64,000 bases of DNA from Catajapyx aquilonaris (GCA_000934665.2 KZ537955.1:62001-126000); one strand, 5' to 3'; positions 55,401 through 64,000 are shown, numbered from the stretch's first letter. A program made the numbers and translations. Notes: generated by a model from the letters alone, not told the origin.

Positions 55401-55683
55401 GACGCAGGAGTTTCGGGAGCTGTCAGACACACACTCTAACCACGAAGACAAGCTACAGATTAAAAACATTATATACCACGCAGTGAAGGATGCCATTGCT
55501 GTGCTTGCCAGCCACGAACCTGAGGACATCTCCCCACCCGGGACTGGCCACCACACGCCAAAGTCCGCGACGCCCCCGCCGTCTGGGGCGTCTGAAGAGA
55601 TGGATACGAAAGTGAAGGAAGAGTCCCCAGAAGAGGAGCCTGAGATCAAGTCAGAGCCCATGGAGGAGAAAGGGAGTAGCTAG
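4259..55683 (+). CDS. KDM3: KDM3/JMJD1C-family (JHDM2) JmjC histone H3K9 demethylase, 5'-partial; join(4259-4420,4594-4710,9008-9211,10705-10789,13001-13074,16664-16766,38183-38852,40998-41945,45270-45534,48319-48768,48989-51073,51990-52637,53312-53776,54013-54550,54808-55124,55324-55683)
   Basis: All 15 introns are GT-AG and exon phases chain into one open frame (7491 nt, about 2496 aa). N-terminal exons resemble the JMJD1C/KDM3 N-terminus ([29 protein letters not shown]). The C-terminal half has [17 protein letters not shown], the Cys zinc finger, LRELL and a JmjC domain with HLD...H ligands. Confidence 0.95.
4594..4710 (+). CDS. KDM3: KDM3 exon: TFRCLQDE...[21 protein letters not shown]
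   Basis: ttgcag|ACG ... CAG|gtacct, 117 nt, phase 0/0; resembles JMJD1C TFKPL...VEFLVDKQLDF...QPYQ. Not in the ORF track. Confidence 0.9.
5137..5300. mobile_element. MITE-like element, about 31-bp inverted termini
   Basis: TGACTCTAAAGTCTGGACACATAGGTAATTG versus the reverse complement of CGATTACCTCTGTGTCCAGACTTTAGTGTCA (3 mismatches). Confidence 0.7.
5310..5490. mobile_element. Tc1/mariner-pogo-like MITE with TA target-site duplication
   Basis: TA|CCGTCAATTGGGGTGAGATTGTGCCAGCG ... CGCTGGCACAATCTGACCCCAATTGACGG|TA. Confidence 0.85.
9008..9211 (+). CDS. KDM3: KDM3 exon: EWRPNRS...[30 protein letters not shown]
   Basis: Pyrimidine tract tttag|GAA ... CAG|gtgcaa, 204 nt; resembles JMJD1C GYRVRVYRQDSATQWFTGII. 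Confidence 0.93.
10705..10789 (+). CDS. KDM3: KDM3 exon: [28 protein letters not shown]
   Basis: tttcgcag|GAG ... GAG|gtgagc, phase 0 to 1; resembles JMJD1C DQVLEPQNVDPSMVQM. Confidence 0.9.
11966..12255. mobile_element. Degenerate foldback / MITE
   Basis: Inverted arms 12019-12050 and 12185-12216 (GTCAACCCACA/TGTGGGTTGAC core); outer GGTGGCGCCA/TGGCGTCACC. Confidence 0.55.
13001..13074 (+). CDS. KDM3: KDM3 exon: (V)[24 protein letters not shown]
   Basis: ccctag|TG ... TCG|gtaagt, phase 1 to 0; resembles JMJD1[22 protein letters not shown]. Confidence 0.92.
16664..16766 (+). CDS. KDM3: KDM3 exon (low complexity, basic): TRGVRSKVV...PTRAHK
   Basis: Strong acceptor cttcttgtttttcag and donor AAG|gtaagg. 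Its 103 nt convert phase 0 to phase 1, exactly what is needed to join 13074 to 38183. No homology recognised. Confidence 0.75.
31999..32842. repeat. About 421-bp direct tandem duplication joined by a single N (probable assembly artefact)
   Basis: 31999-32420 and 32422-32842 differ by only a few bases; N at 32421. Confidence 0.9.
36402..36445. other. Assembly gap next to a poly-G run
   Basis: N run; a second gap at 56415-56447 lies within poly-C. Confidence 0.99.
38183..38852 (+). CDS. KDM3: KDM3 exon, Lys/Arg-rich disordered region
   Basis: Long pyrimidine tract ctgcag|TT, GC-rich open frame, donor AAG|gttcgt in phase 2 matching the acceptor at 40998. Confidence 0.8.
40998..41945 (+). CDS. 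KDM3: KDM3 exon, Ser/Pro/His-rich ([15 protein letters not shown])
   Basis: tttcag|C ... AAG|gtcagt, phase 2/2, 948 nt open. Confidence 0.88.
45270..45534 (+). CDS. KDM3: KDM3 exon, Arg-Glu repeat / predicted charged helix ending [14 protein letters not shown]
   Basis: cccgcag|A ... AAG|gtacgt, phase 2 to 0. Confidence 0.88.
46610..46775 (+). promoter_or_regulatory. Candidate internal promoter (YY1-like, CRE, GC box)
   Basis: GGCGCCATGTTG 46617-46628, TGACGTCA 46642-46649, GGGCGGGG 46661-46668, AGATGGCGGC 46764-46773. Confidence 0.5.
46766..46822 (+). CDS. Putative alternative first coding exon of KDM3 ([19 protein letters not shown])
   Basis: GAGATGGCGGC start in good context, 19 codons, then ACG|gtaatt donor in phase 0, compatible with the phase-0 acceptor at 48319; preceded by promoter-like motifs. 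Confidence 0.5.
48319..48768 (+). CDS. KDM3: KDM3 exon, polyQ/His-rich
   Basis: ttttgcag|CGT ... GTG|gtaagt, phase 0/0; mixed CAG/CAA/CAT/CAC repeats. Confidence 0.88.
48989..51073 (+). CDS. KDM3: KDM3 large exon: Pro-rich region, PLDL motif, HKLKKAWL, start of Cys-rich region ([20 protein letters not shown])
   Basis: ttacag|GTC ... CAG|gtaaag, 2085 nt open; conserved KDM3 motifs. Confidence 0.95.
51836..51911 (+). ncRNA. Intronic box C/D snoRNA, paralogue 1 of the AGCTCTTTAACC-guide family
   Basis: CTGCA/TGCAG terminal stem, box C GTGATGA 51842-51848, box D CTGA 51903-51906, 83 nt from the 3' splice site; guide shared with two other copies. Confidence 0.85.
51990..52637 (+). CDS. KDM3: KDM3 exon: zinc finger [41 protein letters not shown]
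   Basis: gacag|GTT ... GAG|gtgagt; hallmark KDM3 zinc finger. Confidence 0.97.
53131..53215 (+). ncRNA. Intronic box C/D snoRNA, SNORD87-like 28S rRNA 2'-O-methylation guide
   Basis: Box C GTGATGA 53137-53143, box D CTGA 53205-53208, stem TGTGGTG/CACTGCA; guide GCCGTTTACCC (53192-53202) is complementary to conserved 28S GGGUAAACGGC. Confidence 0.85.
53312..53776 (+). CDS. KDM3: KDM3 exon: STLRELL (LXXLL), [13 protein letters not shown]
   Basis: ttgcag|GAT ... CAG|gtaatt, phase 0/0. Confidence 0.95.
53834..53901 (+). ncRNA. Intronic box C/D snoRNA with 5.8S rRNA guide
   Basis: Stem GTCTT/GAGAC, box C ATGATGA 53840-53846, box D CTGA 53893-53896; guide CTGCGTTCTTCA is a perfect 12-nt complement of 5.8S UGAAGAACGCAG. 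Confidence 0.85.
54013..54550 (+). CDS. KDM3: KDM3 exon: JmjC N-terminal half ([30 protein letters not shown])
   Basis: ttttag|GAC ... AAG|gtttgt; H-x-D iron ligands intact. Confidence 0.97.
54652..54732 (+). ncRNA. Intronic box C/D snoRNA, paralogue 2 of the AGCTCTTTAACC-guide family
   Basis: 7-bp stem GGCTGCA/TGCAGCC, box C ATGATGA 54659-54665, box D CTGA 54722-54725, 82 nt from the 3' splice site. Confidence 0.85.
54808..55124 (+). CDS. KDM3: KDM3 exon: JmjC ([31 protein letters not shown])
   Basis: ttacag|AA ... CAG|gttagt; third His ligand intact. Confidence 0.97.
55176..55250 (+). ncRNA. Intronic box C/D snoRNA, paralogue 3 of the AGCTCTTTAACC-guide family
   Basis: Stem CTGCA/TGCAG, variant box C GTGATGT 55182-55188, box D CTGA 55242-55245, 78 nt from the 3' splice site. 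Confidence 0.8.
55324..55683 (+). CDS. KDM3: KDM3 last coding exon ([19 protein letters not shown]...[18 protein letters not shown]) to TAG
   Basis: taacag|GTT; conserved KDM3 C-terminus; stop at 55681-55683. Confidence 0.97.
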   Translation, partial: VRNLHNCIKVAEDFVSPENVGHCFHLTQEFRELSDTHSNHEDKLQIKNIIYHAVKDAIAVLASHEPEDISPPGTGHHTPKSATPPPSGASEEMDTKVKEESPEEEPEIKSEPMEEKGSS

Positions 55684-56896
55684 TTTGTGTTCCTGACAAT
55701 TCAATGTGCTATGATCTCATGTTGTTTGGATGGGGCGGGGGGGGGAAAAGAAAAGTCCGTCTTGGGGCATCGCTCACATTTTCCCTCCCCACCCTCCACC
55801 TCCAATGGACTTGGGTGCAAGAGTGACGTAGGGAGTGTGGGCCATATTGAACGTTTGTTGCGCTCCTTCCGCGCAAAAGTATCCCGCCCCCTCGTTTCTC
55901 GGCATTTTTGATCTCAAAAAGGTATTTGTGAAGCAAATTTGCACCGATGGACCATTTTTTTTTGTGGACACAGTGAAAGTGATGGAGGGCCTTCGAAAGA
56001 TTGGGCCTACTTGTTGGGCGTTCCATTAACTGTAAATAAGTATGTGTGTGGACATTTTTCTTCTCATCATTTTTTTTTTTTCTCCAAATGGTGTAATGTG
56101 TTTCATTGGGGGGTTTTTTTTCTTCTCAATCGATGAAAGCAAGTGTTTATAATAATTATTGTTACAAATTACTACAATTATTACCTTTATGCCAGGATTT
56201 TAAAACCATAAAAAAGAGCCATAACTTATTCCCCCCCCCGTCACCACCTGCTTTGTATAAGGGAATTTTCAGGTACATGGATAGGTGTGTGAAGAAGTGA
56301 AAAAAAGTGCATTTTTTGAGTGGGCGGTCTCCCAATGTATAAAGACAAAAAAAAACTAGATGTGTACATAATGGCATTACACATACAGTGTGACCTCCCT
56401 CTCTCCCCCCCCCCNNNNNNNNNNNNNNNNNNNNNNNNNNNNNNNNNGCCCCCCCCCCTTTTTTTTTGTTAGTGTTGAAGCCCTATTTGAAGGAGAGGAA
56501 AAAAAACGTTGGGGCAATTTTTTGTACTGTGTATAGATACGGAAAAAAAAGACGTTTAATAAGAAAAGATGTTCATATACACCAGCTGTGTTTATTTAGC
56601 TTCCCTCATTGCATTCGCCTTAGCAGCCTGTCATGTACTATAATCGCTCAAAAAAATGGGGAGACGATTGTGCATTTGGATTCAATGCAAAATCATTTCC
56701 CATCTTCTTGAGCGATATGAGCCATCGTTTTAATGCCTGCGAGATCGTAACCTTGCAATAATTTCTGTATTGCGTGGAATTACTGCCCTTCATTGCGTTA
56801 GTTCTCAACTGTCGCTTGTTTTCGCAAAAGTTTCAATGAATAGGAGTCACATCTTTGCAAAAGAAGGTCAACTGAACCATTTTAAACAAGGAACAA

Positions 56897-56902
56897 TTTA
56901 TT
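56897..56902 (-). terminator. Probable polyadenylation signal (AATAAA) of SEPSECS
   Basis: TTTATT on the + strand, about 280 nt beyond the SEPSECS stop. Confidence 0.5.
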
Positions 56903-57181
56903 ACAGCACGCACACAAAGAACATTGTTCATTCACACTTTATAACCTTTGGGACATATTCCGCATTCACTGGATTCAGTCACAACCGCACTTCAACAAGG
57001 GGCCATCCGAAACAAATTGTCACCTAATTGCTGCTACATGACTCGGTGACACGAGGCCATAAATAAGTGATGTACATTTGCGGATGACCATGAAGAATAA
57101 TACTTTAGAAAATGTGGTCTTTTTTTTGGTGTCAGTTACCGGAAAAGGGAAACCGTTTTTCATGGTATGGGCAGATACCTG

Positions 57182-58831
57182 TCATTTCCTGATCTTCTCA
57201 AGGACCTTCTCCAGCCTCTCCAAAATGGTGCCGACGTCTTCTTCGGTCATGCCGATTGCGGCAGCGAATGTCAGGTACGCCACGGGGTAATTATTGCAAT
57301 GGGAGCCCCATCCTATAAAGTGGTGGCCTGCAACTTCTTTGGCCTCATTCGGGGCAACGATCCTGGCTCCCGAAACACCTCGTAGGAACAACATGGAGCC
57401 AATCTGCGTCGAGTCTTCAGCTTCAGTCAGTGAACTGTCGATTGTCATGGCCATTGATACAGGGTTGGACTTTGTTTCCAGCACCTTCTGTCCGTACTTG
57501 GATGCCAGCTCCTTCAGTTTCAGCTGCAGGTGGGTGAAGACCCTGGACCTTTGGCAGCTCAGGCTGCGGAAACCAGACGCACCCATGGACAGGAGAGTGA
57601 TGAAGGTGTCCATTGACGGGGAGGCCGAAGCACGTCCTGGATAAGTGCGGCTCACCCTCTGGACCACCTCTTGGTCAAACCCTGCCACAATCGTGCCGCC
57701 CACTGGGACCATCAGGTTTTTGTCTGTGCTCTGGACAAACAGATCTACACGTCCAACTCTGCAATATTAGTGATCAGTGAGTGTTTTAATAACATACGGA
57801 TGTAAATAGCGTACCTTGAAGCTTCCTGAATGATGTGCATGCATTTCGTGCTCTGCAGTCCATACGCATTGTTGATCAGATGGGGGATGTCGAATTCTGC
57901 GCATAACAGTGCGACTTCCTCGACTCGGTCAGAACCCCTGGGTGCAAAGCAGCTTGTTGTGGTCATCACAGCTGCAATGGCATCCGCCCCTTGCGTCTCA
58001 ATCTCCTTCCTGATAGCGTCGACGTCGGTCCGTAACTCGTCTCCTTCCAGCACGTTCTGAACCACAATCGGCTTGAACCCAGCCGACACCATGCTCTTGA
58101 AGCACGACTTCTGATCAATCCGTGGCCATATGACGCACGTGGCTTTGGGCCTCATCTGTCTGAACGAAAGCATGCAAAGGCACAGGGTCATCCCAGTCGC
58201 CATCGGACACAGGAAGCAACCCTTGACTTTGGACGCTCCTGCGGTTCGGACCACATCCAGCAGCATGGAGTTGGTCAAACCGTTGAGCAGGCTGGACCCC
58301 GCCGCTTTTGGCTGCACCTCCGTCAGATCACCAGACCGCCCCACACCATGCGACAAATAGTAGTGCCGCTGCATCACCAACCTGGAAAACACTCTTCCTT
58401 CCCGCTCGCCTCCACCGACATTATGCGGAAAATTGTTAGAGTCCATCAGGGCAAGATCACGCAGGAACAGCTCAATAGTAACATCGTCCCAGCCATCCTC
58501 AGGCCATTTCCCCTGCAACAATGTGTCACATCAGATGGATTCTTCAGGAAGAAGAAGAAAACATTCACCCATGTAGCACGAATCGCCCTGGAAAATCCCA
58601 TGGATATCCAGATATCCATGGGATCTCCAGTGGATATCCACAGGATCTCCAGTGGATATTAGGATATCCATGGGATATTCCAGGGCGATTCGTTCTACTT
58701 GGGAACAGTTCCATTACCTGTTCGATCAAATGTTTGATCGCATTTTCCCTCGTCTTTCTCGCCTCCTGAGCTTGCATCAGGTACGTCTTTGGGAGGCGTC
58801 GCTCCGCCACTCTGAAGCTGTCCGGGTTCAT
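57182..58831 (-). CDS. SEPSECS: O-phosphoseryl-tRNA(Sec) selenium transferase (SepSecS); complement(join(57182-57758,57815-58512,58718-58831)), about 462 aa
   Basis: Motifs [58 protein letters not shown] (PLP lysine), YPGRAS; GT-AG introns of 205 and 56 nt; phases consistent. Confidence 0.97.
58568..58703. mobile_element. Palindromic MITE in SEPSECS intron 1
   Basis: About 40-bp inverted arms CCCATGTAGCACGAATCGCCCTGGAAAATCCCATGGATATCC / GGATATCCATGGGATATTCCAGGGCGATTCGTTCTACTTGGG; internal GGATATCC and GGATCTCCAGT repeats. Confidence 0.8.
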
Positions 58832-59233
58832 TGTTCTTTGGTTCAATTGCGGCCCCCAGTACTTACTGTATGACTAGTTATTTATGCAACAGGAAAAGCC
58901 ACGTAACTTTTGTTCGAAAGAGAAGGCGGCCATCTTTATGACGTCATAGGTCATTCCCACGCCCACTATTCCCACAGATTCTTCACTAACAGTCATCACA
59001 ATTTATTCCTGGCTGATATTTAAAATGTAATATTTAACAAATATTAATATGTGTTAATTAATTAATATTAATAATCCATGTGTTCCGTGTCTGGTCCGTT
59101 CCGGTCTGTTCCTACGTCTAAAGCAGGAACAGGAATTCAAGATGGCCGCTTGATCTCATGTGCTTTTTATTGTTTTCGCAAAATTTTGGCAATAATTTGG
59201 GTCTAATTTGGCTGATATTCCTGGTTAATTACG
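58832..59233. promoter_or_regulatory. Bidirectional promoter of SEPSECS and PBDC1
   Basis: Head-to-head ATGs 402 bp apart; outward-facing identical YY1-type motifs AAGATGGCCGC (58926-58936 on -, 59139-59149 on +), CRE palindrome TATGACGTCATA 58937-58948, CCACGCCC 58957-58964, AT-rich core. Confidence 0.8.
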
Positions 59234-59892
59234 ATGCAGTTCGGCGAGGAGATGATGGGTGGAGCTAGCCTGCTGTCCAGACCTGCTGAGGAGTTTGTGA
59301 ACGACGTATGTGCAGGTCGGATTTAGCAAAAATGTTGAGAGATCTTCATCCATATTTTATTTTTCAGCCTCAAGTTGAAGCACTGTGGGCAATGAAGGCA
59401 ATGGAGCATGCGGAAGTCTACTTTAATGTAAGATACATCTGCAATGTCGGCAGCTGTTGAGAAGTAATAGCGCTGACATGCTTTTCAGTTGTTGTGTGCG
59501 GTCGATCCGAAGAACTTGAAGTTGACTCCGCATGACAAGGACATTTACGAAACGTTCAGAAAGGACTTTCCAGAGTTCAAAGTAGATAAAGTGAACGAAG
59601 AAGAGCTGAAGAGCGTAGAAGCCAAGGCTGTAAGTTTAACTGTGCATGCACCCTTGTTGTTCTCTCATAGGATACGTTTTTTCAGATATGGAGGCCTTTT
59701 TGTGAGAAATTCAAGGATGTGGTTGAAGACTACAGCTTCGGAACCCTTCTTCGACTCGACTGCAGTGATGAGTACTCGGAACCCAATTCCATCCTGGTGA
59801 CACGCATCCAGTTCTTTGCCATTGAAATTGCCCGGAATGTCGAAGGACTCAACCGGAATCTTGGAGAGAAATTTAAGAACAAGAAGGAGTGA
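59234..59892 (+). CDS. PBDC1: Polysaccharide biosynthesis domain-containing protein 1 (CXorf26 homologue); join(59234-59305,59368-59427,59489-59629,59686-59892), about 159 aa
   Basis: WAMKAMEHAEVY, VDP..LKLT..D..IY..FRKDF, WRPFC, GTLLRLD, RIQFFAIEIARN.EG; three short GT-AG introns, all phase 0. The exact start ATG is uncertain. Confidence 0.93.
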
Positions 59893-59905
59893 CCAACCAT
59901 TCACT

Positions 59906-59911
59906 AATAAA
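59906..59911 (+). terminator. Possible polyadenylation signal of PBDC1
   Basis: AATAAA 13 nt after the stop; further AATAAA near 60061. Confidence 0.45.
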
Positions 59912-61344
59912 CATTCTGGATGGATAAAAGACTGCTCATGCATTTTGAAATATGTAGAGGTTTTCAGTGGGGGATATATAAATTTGGCATCATTTAACCT
60001 TCAGAAAGTGAAATGACATGCACATTTTTAGTGAAATTACAATTCTTGTGTTAATTTTTAAATAAAAAAAATATAAATGCTCATGCTGTGTTAATACTTT
60101 TGTGGTGATGTATGCAACTTCACATTTTATTTTTATTTTTCCTGGAATTGCATTAAAGGTGAAGTTGCATTAGATGACCCGTTGGGCTTGAGAGACAGTT
60201 ATGATAACATTGGGAACGCACTCATCTCACCTGTAGTGTAAATGCACTTCCCTTCATGTAACTTGTAAGTAGAAAGGAAAGGATATTTTTGTGTTTTAAG
60301 TGTCAGAATGTAGAAATACATGTTTTAGGGATGATATCTGCATTTACTCAAATAATGTTTAATGCTGATCATATCAACCGCAAGGGAGTATAATTTGGCA
60401 TTTTATAATGTCTTGTATGGATTTCTCTTTATTAAATAAAGTTACAAGTGATGCCTTTATATTAATAAAATCCCCTTTACTGCCAATCCATCCTTGGGAT
60501 TCCAGGGTGTAATTTACCCCCCAAAAAAAAGTATTATTGGTAATAACATCTTGTAGTTACGGTACTGTATACATCTCTGTTGCGATCATTTCCCGAGAGA
60601 TGTCAGGAGCGGTTGGTAACCAGGAAAGTTTCCTTCACCTGGCAACCCTGTGAGAGAAGGACATGGAGGTCGCCTAGCCCACCACCAGAACTAACTGCAT
60701 CTGGACCACTTTCCACTGCCTCCACAGCATCCGCATCTCTTCGGAGGGAGAATCTGACCAGCCATGAAGGGCAAGAGAGGACTTCCGGAGAGGTATACCC
60801 ACACCAACAATGGCCGATGGGAAACTCAACCCCTTTCCCTGCCTGAATGGTTCCAGGGATGGAATCAATGACCACACATTTTTGTTATTGGAATAATTAC
60901 CTAACATAGTGCAATCCATTGACTCACTTTCGTATGACTGGTACTTTGGACAATTGCTCATAATGATAAGCACTTGTGGCTGATTAGATTAGGCTGCGGG
61001 GAACTCCCTCGGCTGCATCCTGGTACTGCTATTGGAGCGTATTTCCCTTCCTATTTTAAGTCTGTTGGACATATATAAGCTTGCTGCCTTCCGTTTATAT
61101 CACGGACTGTTGGACTGTTTGCGTTTACAACACATCAGGATGGGCCCAATTCCAGACAAGTATACATTAATCGAAGGATACCTTCCAGGATTGATTTTGC
61201 ACTGTACTTAATTCGTACAGTTTTAACGTCTTCGTCATGTAACGTTATTAGAAACCATCTCCACTAAAATTTGCTGTGGCTTTATAACTTTTAGTGACTG
61301 CAAAATTAATCCTGGGGATTTGTCTCTTACACTTCAGATCTTTA

Positions 61345-61639
61345 GGGTGGATTAACATGTGGCCTCTTTAAACCGCGATCTAATTAAGCTGCAGTTTAAA
61401 CCTGTCTCCATGCTAAACTTTGGGCTAAAGGCTGGTTTCATCGAGCTCGGTATATGATAAAACCAGGTTTCTTTAGGAAAATCCATACAAATATGTAGGG
61501 ATTTTCTGAAAGAACCCTGGTTTTATCACATACTGAGCTTGGTGAAACCGGCCATTAACCCTGTCTTTGCAAATGGAACCCTCGTTTAAACCGCAATCTA
61601 ACTGAGCCACGGATTAAACTCTGTCCTTGCAATCCACCC
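61345..61639. mobile_element. PIF/Harbinger-like MITE (TTA target-site duplication) containing a nested palindromic MITE at 61430-61553
   Basis: TTA|GGGTGGATT ... AATCCACCC|TTA; inner roughly 55-bp arms GGCTGGTTTCATCGAGCTCGGTAT / ATACTGAGCTTGGTGAAACCGGCC. Confidence 0.8.
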
Positions 61640-61905
61640 TTAATATTCCAGGTGCTTCTGTATCTGTTTGTTGCATAGCTCTCTGTCACAGTCATTGTGA
61701 AGAACTTGCCTCTCTGTGTAGATGCTGGTTGCTTTTTCTTAGAGAATTCATGCCATTTAGGGTGCTAGAATTGTGTGGAGCTGTTTTGTGTTAATATGGG
61801 TTTATTTGTGTTTTGTCTGTTTCTTACATTATCCAAAAATGTGTCTTGCCCTTATATGATGTTGTTTGTGGTTTGAGCTGTCTTCGTTTGCTTGGTTGTT
61901 ATTAT

Positions 61906-62600
61906 TAGAGTCCGGATTTTTAGGCCTGAAAAAACCTTGAAATTGACACTTAAATAGGCATGAAAAACCTCAAATAGGCACAAAAATTGTACATTTGCAG
62001 GCACATCGAGGATAATGTAACAGAAAATTAAAAATCTTGACAAATTTTATAGGTCTGAAGTATAAATATAAGGTCACAAACCAGAGCAAAAACCAAATAA
62101 CAATGATAAACTGACAGAAAATCACAAAACTTGGGCAAAGTCACAAAGTGCAAGCAAGCATCACTTGCTCTGGACTTGACCGCTTACAGCCCATTTCCAC
62201 GTGCACAGTATGCTACCAAATATTTTTCTAGATTTTCCTGTGATTGGAACTGTCTTCTGGCTCATATGTGTCATGGCAACATGATTTGTATTACTTCTGT
62301 ATGATTTTGGTCCTTTAAGGAGCACAAAAAATAGTCCGCAAATAAAACCAAACATGCCTCTGAAGAAATAGGTCCGTAATAGGCCCAAAAAGTCCCAAAA
62401 TTGCTTCAAAAAGTTCAAAAACTATGCCAAAATAGGCGAAATAGGCAAAATAGTTTCTAAAACCATGAAATAGGCAATTTTAGGCACTGTCAACCGCACA
62501 TTTTACACATCCTGCACTTATGAAACGAATAGGTCTCTTCACAAAACCATCCAAACTGTAAAGGAACTAAATAAGCATTTGCCTAAAAAACCGGACTTTA
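61906..62600. mobile_element. Non-autonomous hAT-like element
   Basis: TIRs TAGAGTCCGGATTTTTAGGC / GCCTAAAAAACCGGACTTTA; 8-bp flanks GTTATTAT / GTTGTTAT; many internal TAGGC subterminal repeats. Confidence 0.8.
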
Positions 62601-62884
62601 GTTGTTATTATTGTGAAGCAATAAAAATATCCATTCTTTCCATTCATACCCACACACATCCTATCAAAAATTCCCATTCTCATTCGCCATGTCACAATAA
62701 GAAGAACTACTACTACTAGTGCATGAATAACTTCGGTGCTCATTTTGAACCTTACCTGAAAATGGTCACAACTAAGCAAACTGAATGTGGATCAGCATGT
62801 ATAACATGAAGCTTTGTAACTACATGTATGGAAAAAAAACCCTACTTTTATAGAGCAATGGTTCACAAATTTTAGCGTCTAGAT

Positions 62885-63093
62885 CAGGGGTTCCCAACCT
62901 TTTTGCACCCGCGACCCCCCAAATCACCTAAAATTTCTCCACGGCCCCCTTGCAAAAGTAACATACATAAATGAAGCAGCCAAACAATACAAGAAATATA
63001 TTTACCAAATATGGTACAATGCCTCTCATGGCCCCCCTGGACCTGCTCCACGGCCCCCTTAGGGGGCCATGACTCCCAGGTTGCGAACCCCTG
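62885..63093. mobile_element. hAT (Charlie-type) MITE
   Basis: TIRs CAGGGGTTCCCAACCT / AGGTTGCGAACCCCTG with perfect 8-bp target-site duplication GTCTAGAT. Confidence 0.92.
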
Positions 63094-63170
63094 GTCTAGA
63101 TTGTATGCATGTATGCACTCTATATGTATAATCACTTTCACATACTTGGGTGCAAGACCTTGTACCTGGT

Positions 63171-63278
63171 GTCCAACAAGAATTGTCGCAAGCGGCAGCG
63201 CACGAACTACAGTCTCTCGTATACCTGTGCTCGTAGATTGTAGTTCGTGCGCTGCCGCTGCGACAATTCTTGTTGGAC
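63171..63278. repeat. Near-perfect 108-bp hairpin (palindromic MITE or hairpin RNA)
   Basis: GTCCAACAAGAATTGTCGCA(A)GCGGCAGCGCACGAACTACA ... TGTAGTTCGTGCGCTGCCGCTGCGACAATTCTTGTTGGAC. Confidence 0.85.
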
Positions 63279-63509
63279 TGATAGTACTTCCAACTCTGCA
63301 CCTGGCCCTATATCCTGGCACAAGCTACATTACTCTAGCAAGAAGAGGTCATTTTGTCACCCCTATATTTTTGGTTGACACCTATTGTGTTATAGTTGTG
63401 AGCATGATGATAGATTTGGTTGGGAGCTTCCTAAAGTGGGGCACAACACAAGTGATATCTCTGAACCCTGCTGCAATACATTCACACTGAAGTGGGTTTA
63501 CTGGGAGCC

Positions 63510-63823
63510 GTGTTTTTACTCCTGATATAACAAACTCATTTTCACTTCACCTCGGCTTTAACAGACAATTTCTTGGCTCCTCGGTGGGAAAATATCATTT
63601 TCTGGTAGCTTTTGGCCCGCCAAATCCAGTTCCTTTCCATCATGATACAGTTGACTCCGGATATAACAACCTTGGCTATAACAGACTCAAAAGGCTGGTC
63701 CTGGCATATTTTCATAAAGCCCTGTGTGTTTTTACTCCTGATATAACAGACTCATTTTCACTTCACCCCGGCTTTAACAGACAATTTCTTGGCTCCTCGG
63801 TGGGAAAATATCATTTTCTGGTA
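63510..63823. repeat. 98-bp direct repeat (63510-63607, 63726-63823) around a Tigger-like end TA|CAGTTGACTCCGGATATAAC at 63648
   Basis: Two copies differing by about 2 substitutions; likely fragments of a pogo/Tigger-type MITE. Confidence 0.7.
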
Positions 63824-64000
63824 TACGATTGACAAAAAGGAGATGGCAGCAGTTTTTTTGTGTGTTTTTGTTTGTTGTTGTCTTGCATAATTTTCGGGTG
63901 AGCTAATATGGAATTTTTGATGGATTTCATTAATCAGTATGTAGTGGTGTGCATGACAGGCATATAGAAAGCAGAAAACTTTATGTGTTCGTTGCAAACT

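Noticed and set aside
38094..55661. Long antisense ORFs overlapping KDM3 exons (e.g. 38094-38720, 48238-48732, 50152-50685)
   Set aside because: Shadows of GC-rich or repetitive coding sequence.

Overview
Animal genomic DNA (invertebrate, plausibly arthropod; draft assembly with N gaps). Most of the window is one large + strand gene of the KDM3/JMJD1C (JHDM2) H3K9 demethylase family. I traced 16 phase-consistent coding exons from 4259 to 55683 (about 2,496 aa); the first coding exon was not found and probably lies upstream of the window. Next come a compact 3-exon SEPSECS gene on the - strand (58831-57182) and a 4-exon PBDC1 gene on the + strand (59234-59892), which share a 402-bp bidirectional promoter. 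The main signal not explained by the ORF track is that each of the last five KDM3 introns carries one box C/D snoRNA. Three are paralogues of a guide with no clear target (closest to the 18S SNORD36 site but shifted and mismatched), one is a SNORD87-type 28S guide, and one is a 5.8S guide pointing at a G that is not one of the known human 5.8S methylation sites. A candidate internal YY1/CRE promoter with an in-frame alternative first exon (46766-46822) lies just upstream of this snoRNA-bearing half. Several MITEs (hAT, Harbinger, pogo-like), a 90-bp tandem repeat that supplies a splice acceptor, and one probable assembly duplication are also present. Reference RNA and protein sequences were compared from memory, not by database search.
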